From Actinomycetota bacterium (GTDB lineage Bacteria; Actinomycetota; Acidimicrobiia; Acidimicrobiales; CADCSY01): a stretch of 64,000 nt of DNA. The stretch is from the NCBI GenBank assembly GCA_004366205.1, contig SIRW01000090.1, positions 17,055 through 81,054 of the forward strand. Direction: 5' to 3'. Numbering within the stretch: the first letter of the stretch is position 1; each line of letters begins with the position of its first letter. Made by a program: the position numbers and the translations under genes. Below the pieces are notes generated by a model. It made no database searches. It saw only the letters and a program-made list of their open reading frames with translations, and was not told the DNA's origin. This document shows positions 1 to 8,829 of the stretch, piece by piece.

Positions 1-57
1 TCGCCGCGCCTCGCCCGCCTGCCGGGCCGCCGCCGCCGAGCCCGTCGAGGTCCTGCC

Positions 58-1506
58 ATGCCGTCCACCCGTCCCTCCGTCCCGCGCCGGGCCTGGCCCG
101 CCGGCGTGGGCGCCGTGCTGCTGGCCGTCGCCCTGGTCAGCGGGCTCCCCTCCCTCGCCAGCCCGGCGGGCGCCGAGCGGTCAGCCGGGTTCCACGCCGA
201 GGTGCTCGGCCGCTCGGCGTGGTACGGCAGCCACGAGATCGCCGGTGTCGGCCCGGTGTGGAGCCTCGACCCCGCCGAGCGGGCACCGCGCCGGTCGCAC
301 CGCTACGTGGCCGCCCCCGGGGCCGACACCGAAGCGTTGCCGCCGGTCGTACGCCGGGCGCTGGCCTGGGCGGTCGCCACACCGGGGGCCACGGAGGATC
401 CGGTCACGGCGGCGGCGGTGGGGCTCGTCCTCCACGACCTCACGGGTGCGGCCTATCCCGCGGGACCGCTCGACCTCCACCGCCTCGGGCCCGCCGACGT
501 GGACGGCTTCGACGCAGCGGCGGGCGCGGTCCTCGAGGTGGCCCGGACGCTGCGGGCCGAGGCCCTCACCAGGGCCCTGCTGGAACCGCCGTTCACGCTC
601 ACGGTCGGCTGGGTTCCCGCCGAGGTGTCCGACGTCGATGCCGGCCCGCCCGATGGCGTCGCGGCAACGGCGACGGCGGGACCGGCTGAAGGCGCCCCCG
701 TCACGGCGACGGCCGGTGACGGCGGTGACGTCCGGGTGCGGCTCGTGGACGCCGCCGGCCGGGGCCTGGCGGGCGTGGACGTCCAGGTCCTGGTCGAGCA
801 CGGGAACGGTCCTGAGGGGGCGGTCGCCGTCACGACCGGCGGCGGGACCGCTGTGGTCCCGCTCCAGCTGCTCGAGGGCACCACCAGGGTCCGGGTCGCC
901 GCCACGGTGCCGGACGGCCTCGAGCTGTTCGTGCCCACCCGCCGGCCTGCGTCGCGCGTGGTGCGGCCGGCGGTCACCCGCCTCTCGAGCGACCTCGAGA
1001 TCCAGGCGGCCGCGGCCAGCGGCGCCGTCGCCGCCGGCCCCGACGCCACGGACGGCACCGGCACGGACGGCACCGGCACAGCAGGCGCCGCCGGCGGCGA
1101 ACCGGGCAGCGACAGCGGCGCCGCCACGGATCCCGACACCGGCGGCGAACCGCGCAGCGACAGCGGCGCCGTCACGGAACGCGACACCGGCGGCGCCGCC
1201 GCGGGGGGTGCCGGCGGAGGCGTGGCCGGGGGCCCGGGGGGCGACGAGCGCGGCGGCGCGCAGGCCGATGAACCGCCGGCCGGCGGCATCGCGGCACCCG
1301 CGCCGCCGGCGCGGGTGCCGGCCTCGGTGGGCACGACCCGGCCGGCGCTGCCCGTGACCGGCACCGGCGTCGCCACCCTCCGCCTCGCCCTCGGCGGCAT
1401 CGGGCTCCTTCTGGTCGGTGACGCCCTCCGGCTGGCCGCCGGCCGGCCGGCGCCGGTCAGCCCTCGAGGTAGCCGTCGTCGGGGCCCAATGGTGGTTCGC
1501 CGGTGA
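58..1506 (+). CDS. Secreted, sortase-anchored (LPXTG) surface protein
   Basis: N-terminal signal-like hydrophobic stretch; Gly/Ala/Asp-rich linker; C-terminal LPVTG followed by a hydrophobic helix and basic tail. Confidence 0.75.
   Translation: MPSTRPSVPRRAWPAGVGAVLLAVALVSGLPSLASPAGAERSAGFHAEVLGRSAWYGSHEIAGVGPVWSLDPAERAPRRSHRYVAAPGADTEALPPVVRRALAWAVATPGATEDPVTAAAVGLVLHDLTGAAYPAGPLDLHRLGPADVDGFDAAAGAVLEVARTLRAEALTRALLEPPFTLTVGWVPAEVSDVDAGPPDGVAATATAGPAEGAPVTATAGDGGDVRVRLVDAAGRGLAGVDVQVLVEHGNGPEGAVAVTTGGGTAVVPLQLLEGTTRVRVAATVPDGLELFVPTRRPASRVVRPAVTRLSSDLEIQAAAASGAVAAGPDATDGTGTDGTGTAGAAGGEPGSDSGAATDPDTGGEPRSDSGAVTERDTGGAAAGGAGGGVAGGPGGDERGGAQADEPPAGGIAAPAPPARVPASVGTTRPALPVTGTGVATLRLALGGIGLLLVGDALRLAAGRPAPVSPRGSRRRGPMVVRR
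1093..1188 (+). repeat. Intragenic 48-bp tandem duplication (GGEPGSDSGAATDPDT / GGEPRSDSGAVTERDT)
   Basis: Two near-identical 48-bp units at 1093-1140 and 1141-1188. Confidence 0.85.
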
Positions 1507-1735
1507 GGCCCATGGCGGCCTCCTCCGCGGGGCGGGGGGCCCGTTCCCGGGCGACGTCAACGGTCGTGACGTGGGGGACCTCGCGCGCGACGTACTCCTC
1601 CAGCGGCTCGGGCGTGGCCTGCTCGGCGCCGGTCACGCCGTAGTCGTCGACCGCCAGCGGCCGCTCCGGCGGGTACTCCTCGGGCAACCTGTCGTCGTCG
1701 AGGACCTCGGATCGCTCGTCCCGTGCGTCGCTCAT
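1457..1735 (-). CDS. Small acidic protein, DUF5709-like
   Basis: YPPERPLAVDDYGVTGAEQ..EPLEEYVARE resembles the actinobacterial DUF5709 family. Confidence 0.6.
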   Translation of the reverse strand: MSDARDERSEVLDDDRLPEEYPPERPLAVDDYGVTGAEQATPEPLEEYVAREVPHVTTVDVARERAPRPAEEAAMGLTGEPPLGPDDGYLEG

Positions 1736-1764
1736 GGGCCGCGCCTACCCGGCCGGCCCGGGCG

Positions 1765-2508
1765 CTACGCCTCGGCCGGCGGTTCCTCGCCCATCGCCGC
1801 GTAGAGGTGCTCCACGAGCCGTCGGAGGCGAGCCACCTCCGCCGCCAGCTCCTCAAGCCGGGCCTCCGACCTCGCGGACCCGACGCCGACGTCCGGCGAC
1901 GGCGACGAGCCCCATTCGACCGCCTCGCCTGGGTCTGGGGTCGCGCCGGCAGGAGGGCCGGCCACGGCCTGGCCGGCACCGGTGCCGGTCGGCGGGACCG
2001 CGCCCGAGCTCGGGGCGGCGCCGAGGAGGTGGGTCCAGCGGTCGTCCTTCTGGCCGGGACGGCGACCGACGAGGGCGGCGAGCGGAGGCTCCCGGCCCGC
2101 CAGCGACCGCAGCGTCGCCTCCAGGTCGGCGATCGACGCGAACGGGTAGAGGCGCTCGGTCCGTTGCCGCAGCTCGCCGGCGGTCTGGGGACCGCGGAGC
2201 ATCAGGACGGTGAGCAGCGCCAGCTCGTCGGGCCCGAGTCCGAGCGCGTCGTCGAGCACGTGCCGGTAGCGGATCGTCCTGCCGCCGTGGGAGGGATGCA
2301 CGAAGCGCACCAGCCGCTTGGCCTTGAGCCCGTCGAGGGCATCCAGGACCGTCCGGTCGTCGTAGGCCACCACCGGGTCGCGGCTCGAGCTCTGGTTGCA
2401 TGCGGCACGCAGCGCGTTGAGGGTGAGCGGGTACGTCTCGGGGACGGTCACGGCCTTCTCCGCGAGGCAGCCGGCGACGCGCACCTCCTCGGCGGTCAGC
2501 GGGTCCAC
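1765..2508 (-). CDS. YceH/DUF480 family protein
   Basis: GCLAEKAVTVPETYPLTLNAL..ACNQSSSRDP and LMLRGPQT.GELR motifs; start moved to GTG 2508 (TATCGT -10 is 6 nt upstream). Confidence 0.9.
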   Translation of the reverse strand: MDPLTAEEVRVAGCLAEKAVTVPETYPLTLNALRAACNQSSSRDPVVAYDDRTVLDALDGLKAKRLVRFVHPSHGGRTIRYRHVLDDALGLGPDELALLTVLMLRGPQTAGELRQRTERLYPFASIADLEATLRSLAGREPPLAALVGRRPGQKDDRWTHLLGAAPSSGAVPPTGTGAGQAVAGPPAGATPDPGEAVEWGSSPSPDVGVGSARSEARLEELAAEVARLRRLVEHLYAAMGEEPPAEA

Positions 2509-2634
2509 GAGCCGACGATACCCGGGGCGCGAACCAGGCCCTTTTTCGTCGATCCGCGCTCGTTTTGTTGCGGTCCGGTTACGCTTTGGCGAACCCCGGG
2601 GCTCGGCCCCACCGCCTCCTCGCACCCCCCCTCG

Positions 2635-3606
2635 ATGCCCCGCGTCCTCCCCCTGCGCCTCGGCTCGCTCGCGCTGGCCGTCGCCGTCACCACCGGCTGG
2701 CCGGCCGCCGGCGCCGTCGAAGACCACCACCGCCAGCTGGCGACCGTCGCCTCGCACAAGAGCGAGGTGCTCGCCGACCTGAAGCAGGTCAGCGTCCGTC
2801 TCGCCGGCGAGCTCGTCTCGGTGGAGGCCCGCACGGCGCTCACCGCCGCCCAGGCCGCCGCCACCGACCTGGCCCGAGCGCTGCCCGCAGCGCCCCGACC
2901 AGCGTGGGCGCACGAGCCCCTCGGCGATCCCGTGCCCGCCCGCGCCGGCGGCGGTGAGGCGCCCCCCGCCAAGGACATCGGGCTGGCCCTCGCGCGCGAG
3001 CGCGCCCAGGTGGCGGCCCTGCTCGATGAGATCGACCTCGAGGCGCGGCAGCTGCTGGCCGAGATCGAGATGCTCGAGGCCGAGGCCGCGGCGCGGGGCA
3101 CGGTGCTGGCCGTGGGCCGGGGTCGGGGCGGCCCACCGGTCGACGTCCCGGCTGCGGCGCGGGCCCGCACGGTGCGCGCCGGCGCCGAGTCATCAGCGGT
3201 TGCCGGCGCCGCCCACGAGGCCCCCGAGTTCGTGTGGCCGGCGGAAGGGGTCACCACCTCGGAGTTCGGGCACCGCTGGGGCCGCCTGCACGCCGGCATC
3301 GACATCGCCGCCGACATCGGGACCCCGATCGTCGCCTCGTCCGGGGGCGTCGTCCGCTTCGCCGGCTGGATGCGGGGCTACGGCGTCACGACGATCATCG
3401 ACCACGACAGCGCGACGGCCACGCTCTACGCCCACCAGAACGAGCTGTTCGTGAGCGAGGGCCAGCGCGTCGAGCAGGGCGAGCGCATCGGAACGGTCGG
3501 CGCTACCGGCGTCTCGACGGGCCCGCACCTGCACTTCGAGACCCACGTGGAGGGCGTCGCCCGGGATCCCCGGCTGGTGCTGCCCCCGAAGCCCGGCCGC
3601 GGCTGA
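2635..3606 (+). CDS. M23 family metallopeptidase (murein hydrolase), secreted
   Basis: Signal peptide from ATG 2635; HAGID, YAH and STGPHLHFE motifs. Confidence 0.9.
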   Translation: MPRVLPLRLGSLALAVAVTTGWPAAGAVEDHHRQLATVASHKSEVLADLKQVSVRLAGELVSVEARTALTAAQAAATDLARALPAAPRPAWAHEPLGDPVPARAGGGEAPPAKDIGLALARERAQVAALLDEIDLEARQLLAEIEMLEAEAAARGTVLAVGRGRGGPPVDVPAAARARTVRAGAESSAVAGAAHEAPEFVWPAEGVTTSEFGHRWGRLHAGIDIAADIGTPIVASSGGVVRFAGWMRGYGVTTIIDHDSATATLYAHQNELFVSEGQRVEQGERIGTVGATGVSTGPHLHFETHVEGVARDPRLVLPPKPGRG

Positions 3607-3729
3607 ACCCGGCGGGCGGGGTCCCCCACCCCCGACCGGCGAACGGCTTTCATGGTCGGCGGTGGTCCCCACCCCTGCCATCCACCGACCCACCGGCGCC
3701 CGGCGAGGGGCGTCGAGCGAGGGGGTTCC

Positions 3730-5112
3730 GTGCCCGAGCTGTCCCGTCCCGTCACCGACGACGCCGGGGAGGTCGCACCGCCGGTCGGCCGTCGCGTCGT
3801 GCTCGACACGTCGGCGCTGATCTCCGACCCCGAGGCGCTGTTCGCCTTCCCCGGTGACGAGGCCGTGATCCCCCTCACCGTCGTGGAGGAGCTCGACCAC
3901 CACAAGACCCGCGTCGACGACGTCGGGCGGGCCGCCCGTGAGGTCATCAGGCGGATCGAGGAGCTGCGGTGCGCCCACGGCGGCGACATCCGCCGGGCGG
4001 TCCCCCTGCCGGGTGGCGGCACCCTGCGGATCGAGACCAGCGGCCTGCACCTCGACGAGCTCCGGGCGCACGGGCTCGATCCCGCCAAGGCCGACAACCG
4101 AATCCTGGCCGCCGCCCTCGGCGCGGCCGGCGGCGGCACCGTCACCCTCGTCTCGAACGACGCAGCCCTGCGGATCAAAGCCGCCCAGCTCGGCATCGAG
4201 GCCCGGGAGCACCAGCGGGGTCCCGCCCGACCAGCCGGCGTGCCGGCCGCCGGCTGGTCGAGCCTCGAGGTGAGCTCCGCGCTCATCGACCGGATCTACG
4301 AGGCGGGCTCCGCCCCGATCGCCGAGCTGGCCGCCAGCGACGCCGCCTCCTGCTCCGAGCTGGCGGCCAACGAGTACGCCGTGCTCCGGGCCGGCAGCCA
4401 GTCCGCGCTCGCCCGCCGCCGCAACGGGTGCCTGACCGCCTTGGGCCGGTCCGCGGAGGCGTGGGGCCTGCGTCCCCGCGGCAAGGAGCAGCAGTTCGCC
4501 CTCGACCTGCTCCTCGACCCTGACGTGCGGGTCGTCGCCCTCGACGGGCTCGCCGGCACCGGCAAGACGATCCTGGCCTTGGCCGCGGGCCTCGAGCAGG
4601 TGATGGAGCGCCCGGTGTACGACAAGGTCGCCGTCTACCGGCCGGTCGTGCCCGTCGGCAAGGCCGAGCTCGGCTACCTGCCCGGCACGCTCGCCGAGAA
4701 GCTCGACCCGTGGATGGCGGCGATCACCGACGCGCTGGTCGCCATGACCGAGCGCCGGAGCCACGCCGACGCGCTCGCCACCCTCGACGAGCTCACCGGC
4801 CGGGGGAAGCTGACGATGGAGGCGGTGACGTTCTTGCGCGGCCGGTCGCTGCTCGGCACCTACGTCCTGGTCGACGAGGCCCAGAACCTCGAGCCCACCA
4901 CGTTGAAGACGATCCTCACCCGGGTCGGTGAGGGCACCAAGGTCGTGCTCACCGGCGACACGAGCCAGATCGACGCGCCCTACGTCTCTGAGCGGACGAA
5001 CGCCATCTCGGTGCTCATCGACGCCTTCGCCGGGCAGGCGTGCTTCGGGCACGTGCGGCTCACGGCCTGCGAGCGCAGCGAAGTGGCGTCGCTCGCCGCC
5101 GAGCTGCTGTAG
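3730..5112 (+). CDS. PIN-PhoH family protein (PhoH2-like RNase/ATPase)
   Basis: PIN VLDTS..VVEELD..DNRIL..SND; Walker A GLAGTGKT; RGRS, DEAQN and GDTSQID motifs. Confidence 0.92.
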   Translation: MPELSRPVTDDAGEVAPPVGRRVVLDTSALISDPEALFAFPGDEAVIPLTVVEELDHHKTRVDDVGRAAREVIRRIEELRCAHGGDIRRAVPLPGGGTLRIETSGLHLDELRAHGLDPAKADNRILAAALGAAGGGTVTLVSNDAALRIKAAQLGIEAREHQRGPARPAGVPAAGWSSLEVSSALIDRIYEAGSAPIAELAASDAASCSELAANEYAVLRAGSQSALARRRNGCLTALGRSAEAWGLRPRGKEQQFALDLLLDPDVRVVALDGLAGTGKTILALAAGLEQVMERPVYDKVAVYRPVVPVGKAELGYLPGTLAEKLDPWMAAITDALVAMTERRSHADALATLDELTGRGKLTMEAVTFLRGRSLLGTYVLVDEAQNLEPTTLKTILTRVGEGTKVVLTGDTSQIDAPYVSERTNAISVLIDAFAGQACFGHVRLTACERSEVASLAAELL

Positions 5113-5129
5113 CGGCGAGCGCCGTCCCG

Positions 5130-5471
5130 TCAGGCGACGGCCACCAGCGCCGCGACCGTGAGCACGGTGAGCACGCCGAACATGGCTGCCGGCCCGGCCT
5201 CCCGGCGGGCGAGGAAGTACCCGGGGCTCTGGATCACCGTGTACAGGAGCATCCCGAGCGCCACGAGGAGCAGCTCCGGGCCCCCTCCGGTGAGCACGAC
5301 CCCGCCGGCGACGACGAGCAGCCCGGCCGCCAGCAGCTCGGCGGTGATGTGCAGCCCGATCTCCGCCGGCGCCCGGTCCGCTCGGCGCAGCACCCCGGCG
5401 CGCAGCTCGACGGCCCACCACCCGAGCATGAGCAGGCCGACGGCGATGGCGAACCAGGCGCTCACCGTCAC
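5130..5471 (-). CDS. Hypothetical membrane protein
   Basis: About four hydrophobic helices; GTGA coupling to the upstream gene. Confidence 0.7.
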   Translation of the reverse strand: MTVSAWFAIAVGLLMLGWWAVELRAGVLRRADRAPAEIGLHITAELLAAGLLVVAGGVVLTGGGPELLLVALGMLLYTVIQSPGYFLARREAGPAAMFGVLTVLTVAALVAVA

Positions 5472-5902
5472 GCGCGCCGGGGGCCCGAACCCACCGCCAG
5501 CGCCACGATCGCGAGTCCGTAGGCCGCGAAGAGCGGCTGCAACCAGGACACCAGCCCGATGAAGCCGACCTGCACCACGATCCAGCCGACCAGCACCACG
5601 CCCACGACGAGGTGACCGCCGTCCGCCCACGGCCGGCGGGCGGCGGCGCCGAGGGCGACCGCGACCGGCAGCACGCCGATGAGCACGCCGAGCGCCGTCC
5701 CGGCGAGCACGGGACTGGCCAGAGGCAGCTCCGCCGTCGACGGGCCCAGGTCGGTCCACCCCGTCAGGAGACCGAGGGCCCCGCCGAGCGCACCGACAGC
5801 GAGGAGCGCCTCGAGCCCGACCAGCGCTCGGATCCGGGCGGGAAGCCGCTCGTGGTCCCGGTGCTCGGGCAGGGCCGGGGCGCTCTCCGCCGCCGTGCTC
5901 AC
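5468..5902 (-). CDS. Hypothetical membrane protein
   Basis: About four hydrophobic helices, WIVVQ..SWLQP; GTGA coupling to the CoA-binding gene. Confidence 0.7.
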   Translation of the reverse strand: MSTAAESAPALPEHRDHERLPARIRALVGLEALLAVGALGGALGLLTGWTDLGPSTAELPLASPVLAGTALGVLIGVLPVAVALGAAARRPWADGGHLVVGVVLVGWIVVQVGFIGLVSWLQPLFAAYGLAIVALAVGSGPRRA

Positions 5903-6372
5903 GCCACCCTCGCCAGCGAGCCGTTGAGCTGGCGCGCCTTGCGGTGCAGGCGGTGGAACCAGCCGACGGGCTGGAGGAACATCAACGGGCAGGCGCCCGG
6001 GACGACCGCCACGCCGGCGGCCTCGCACAGCCGCACGGCTTCGTGCGAGAGCGCACCGGGGCCGCCGATGCCCTTGAACAGCCACACGCGCTCGACGCCT
6101 CGCTCGATGCACGACCGCACGACGTCCACCGCCGCGTCCGGACCGACCACGACGACGACACCGTCCAGGGGCCCGGGGACGGCGGCGAGGCCGGGGGGGC
6201 ACGGGACGCCGTCGATCGTCCCGGCGGTCGGATGGACCGGGACGGCGTCGTACCCGCGGTCACGGAAGGCCTGGTAGATCGTGCGGCCGAAGCTGTCCTT
6301 GCGGTCCGCGACGCCCACCACGGCGATGCGCCGCTGCGCCAGGAACTCCTCGACGACCTCAGGATCGATCAT
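5899..6372 (-). CDS. CoA-binding protein (CoA_binding_2/YccU-like)
   Basis: IAVVG..VPVHP..VERVW..GACPLM; GGAGG RBS before ATG 6372. Confidence 0.85.
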   Translation of the reverse strand: MIDPEVVEEFLAQRRIAVVGVADRKDSFGRTIYQAFRDRGYDAVPVHPTAGTIDGVPCPPGLAAVPGPLDGVVVVVGPDAAVDVVRSCIERGVERVWLFKGIGGPGALSHEAVRLCEAAGVAVVPGACPLMFLQPVGWFHRLHRKARQLNGSLARVA

Positions 6373-6466
6373 CCGACCACCTCCGGAGCGCGTGACCCCG
6401 GCGCGCACGGTGGCTGCCCGGAGCCGCTTGCCGTCCCCATGGTGCGCCTCCGGCGAACCGACCGAC

Positions 6467-6499
6467 AGGGCCCTAGGTCACATCGTGACGTTCGCCCCT
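6467..6499. promoter_or_regulatory. Paired DosR/DevR-like boxes between divergent genes
   Basis: AGGGCCCTAGGTCAC-atc-GTGACGTTCGCCCCT, an imperfect inverted pair resembling GGGACnnnnGnCCC-type DevR sites. Confidence 0.5.
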
Positions 6500-6557
6500 A
6501 CTGCGGCGGGCAGCGTGGTGCGACGCTTGGGGTCCACCCAACTGACCGGGAGGCCCC

Positions 6558-6959
6558 GTGCACCTGACCGAGCACGCACCGTTCGTCCGGCACGCCATCG
6601 CCGCAGGCGCCGCCCTGATGGCCGCCGTCTACGTCCTCATCGCCACGAACGTGATCACGGTGATGGAAGATCAGGCCACCGCCAGCCCCGTGCCGCCGAT
6701 CGTCGCTGCCGCCCTCCTCGGCACCTTCGCGACGGCCCTGTTGGTCTCGCACCGGCGCGCCGTGCTCGCGGGCGGCGCCGGTCTGCAGGTCGTGATGATC
6801 CTCCTGTACCTCCTGGTCGGGACCGAGCGGGTGCCGGCCTTCGAGCCGTGGGGCGTCGGATTGAAGGTCGCCCAGCTCGTTGTCCTGGCGCTGCTGCTCG
6901 CCCTGCTCCTCCCCCGGCGCCACCCTGCAGGCGGCGGGACGGCCCGCCTCGCCCACTGA
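6558..6959 (+). CDS. Hypothetical membrane protein
   Basis: Four hydrophobic segments; GGGAGG RBS before GTG. Confidence 0.7.
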   Translation: MHLTEHAPFVRHAIAAGAALMAAVYVLIATNVITVMEDQATASPVPPIVAAALLGTFATALLVSHRRAVLAGGAGLQVVMILLYLLVGTERVPAFEPWGVGLKVAQLVVLALLLALLLPRRHPAGGGTARLAH

Positions 6960-6978
6960 CCCCTCGGCCGGCGGGCCG

Positions 6979-8724
6979 TCACAGCCGGCTGAGGAAGTCC
7001 CGGGCGATCGGCGCCGCCACGGCGCCGCCGAACCCCGCGTCCTCGACGACCACGGCGAAGGCCAGGTCACCCCGGAAGCCGATGAACCAGGCGTGGGTGC
7101 GGGGCGGCACCGCCGTGCCGAACTCGGCCGTGCCGGTCTTGCCGGCGACGACCTGGCCGGGGATCCGGGCGCTGGTCCCCGTCCCGGTCTCCACCGCGTC
7201 GACCATCAACGCGCCGAGCGTGAGCATGGTGGCAGGGTCGAGCGGGGCCAGCTGCGCCTCCACCGCCGGCGGTTGGCCGGTCACGAAGGTCGGCGGGTTC
7301 CAGCCCCCACCGGCGACGGCGGCGGCCACCGAGGCCAGGTGCAGGGGGCTCGTCTCGACCCGGCCCTGTCCGATGGCCGCCATGACCTGCTCGACGACGG
7401 AAGCGGGCTCCGGGAAGCTCCCGCCGGGCCCTCCGAGTCCTGTCGGGTCGCCGTGGTTGAACCCGAACGACTCGGCGGCGGCGACGAGCTCCTCGGCACC
7501 GAGCTCGGCGGCCAGCTCCACGAAGGTCGTGTTGCACGACTCCGAGAACGCGACCCGGAAGGGGACGTCGCCGTGCCCGGTGCTGCCGGCGTTGCTCACC
7601 CGGCGGCCACCCACGGTGGTGGTGGCCGGGCACGGCACGACCTGCTCCGGGGTGACGCCGCTCCTCAGCAGGGCGGCGGTGGTCACGACCTTGAAGGTGG
7701 AACCCGGCGGGTAGCGCCCCAGCACGGCCCGGTTGAACCCGGCGGTCGGCCGGCTGACGACGGCCCGGACCGCGCCGGTCCCGGCCTCGACGGCGACGAG
7801 CGAGGCGGCCCGCTCGCCGCCGAGCGCGGCCTCGGCCGCCGCTTGCACCCGCAAGTCGATCGTGGTCGTGACCGGCTCGGGCACCTCGGCGGGGAACCGG
7901 TGCAGGGTGATGGGCGGCGCGTCGCCGGCGAGCAGCAGGACGGCGCCCCCGGGACGGCCGGCGAGGCGCCGCTCGAGCGCCCGCTGGAGGGCGCTGCGCC
8001 CGGCCCGGTCTCCGGGCAGGTAGGGCTCGCCGAGCGCAGCGGCGGCCTCCTCGTCGAGCTCACCGACGCTGCCGACGACGTGGTTGCGAACCACGACCGA
8101 CGCCGCCGAGTCCGTGCCCGAGATCGGGGTGCCGTCGGCCGCCAGCAGCGGCGCCCGCTCCGGCCACGCCCGCTCCCGCCCGAGCGCGGCGCCCTCCTCG
8201 CCCAGGGCGGGGTGCAGGGCGGCCGGCGACCATCGCACCAGCCACTCGGTCCCCGTCTCGCCGACGCCGTCACCGTCGAGCGCACCGGTGCGCACCAGGT
8301 TGAGGTGCCCGGAGTAGCGCCACGTGCCCAAGCCGGCGAGGTCGAGCTCGGCGGTGAAGGGCACCCGGCCCCGGTCCTCCGCCCGCAGGGCCTCGCCGGC
8401 CTCGAACCGCATCGACCGCACGTCGAGGGCGGCGACGAACGCGTCGAGGCCAGCAGCGACGGCCTCCCGGTCGCCGGTGCTGAGCCGGGTCAGCTCGTCC
8501 TCGTCGCGCGCCGCCAGCGCGGCCAGCCACGCCTCGGCGGCCTCGGCGACGGGCCCGGGATCCGGCGGCGTCGCCGCCCGGCCGGCGAGGTTGGAGCCCG
8601 GCAGCAGCGTCACGAGTCCGATCAGCAGCGTGGCGGCGACGAGCGCGCCGGCGACGGCGACGAGCGTCGCGTTGGGCTCGGGGCCCGGTGCCGGGGGGTC
8701 GTGGGGGGTCGCCGTGTCGTTCAC
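6979..8724 (-). CDS. Class B penicillin-binding protein with NTF2-like (MecA_N) N-terminal domain
   Basis: TM anchor; STFK, SCN and KTG catalytic motifs; start uncertain (8724 or 8787). Confidence 0.9.
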   Translation of the reverse strand: MNDTATPHDPPAPGPEPNATLVAVAGALVAATLLIGLVTLLPGSNLAGRAATPPDPGPVAEAAEAWLAALAARDEDELTRLSTGDREAVAAGLDAFVAALDVRSMRFEAGEALRAEDRGRVPFTAELDLAGLGTWRYSGHLNLVRTGALDGDGVGETGTEWLVRWSPAALHPALGEEGAALGRERAWPERAPLLAADGTPISGTDSAASVVVRNHVVGSVGELDEEAAAALGEPYLPGDRAGRSALQRALERRLAGRPGGAVLLLAGDAPPITLHRFPAEVPEPVTTTIDLRVQAAAEAALGGERAASLVAVEAGTGAVRAVVSRPTAGFNRAVLGRYPPGSTFKVVTTAALLRSGVTPEQVVPCPATTTVGGRRVSNAGSTGHGDVPFRVAFSESCNTTFVELAAELGAEELVAAAESFGFNHGDPTGLGGPGGSFPEPASVVEQVMAAIGQGRVETSPLHLASVAAAVAGGGWNPPTFVTGQPPAVEAQLAPLDPATMLTLGALMVDAVETGTGTSARIPGQVVAGKTGTAEFGTAVPPRTHAWFIGFRGDLAFAVVVEDAGFGGAVAAPIARDFLSRL

Positions 8725-8829
8725 GTCGTCGGTCGTCTGCGGACGGAACGTGCAGTATGGCGGCACCGTCGCCTGTCGCGGCGGCACGCACGGGGCGGCC
8801 CGCGCCGCTCGCGCCCGCTGTCCGCCCCG

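Noticed and set aside
1736-1750. SigB/SigF regulon based on GGGTA-type hexamers (also 2518, 28336, 34025)
   Set aside because: No GTTT -35 at the right spacing, and most are equally explained by an overlapping TAnnnT -10
2509-2634. c-di-AMP (ydaO) riboswitch before the M23 peptidase
   Set aside because: The conserved ydaO motifs were not recognisable and the gap is short
3607-3729. Structured RNA leader of the PIN-PhoH gene (repeated GGTCCCCACCCC, short hairpin)
   Set aside because: Short GC-rich matches are expected by chance; no family recognised
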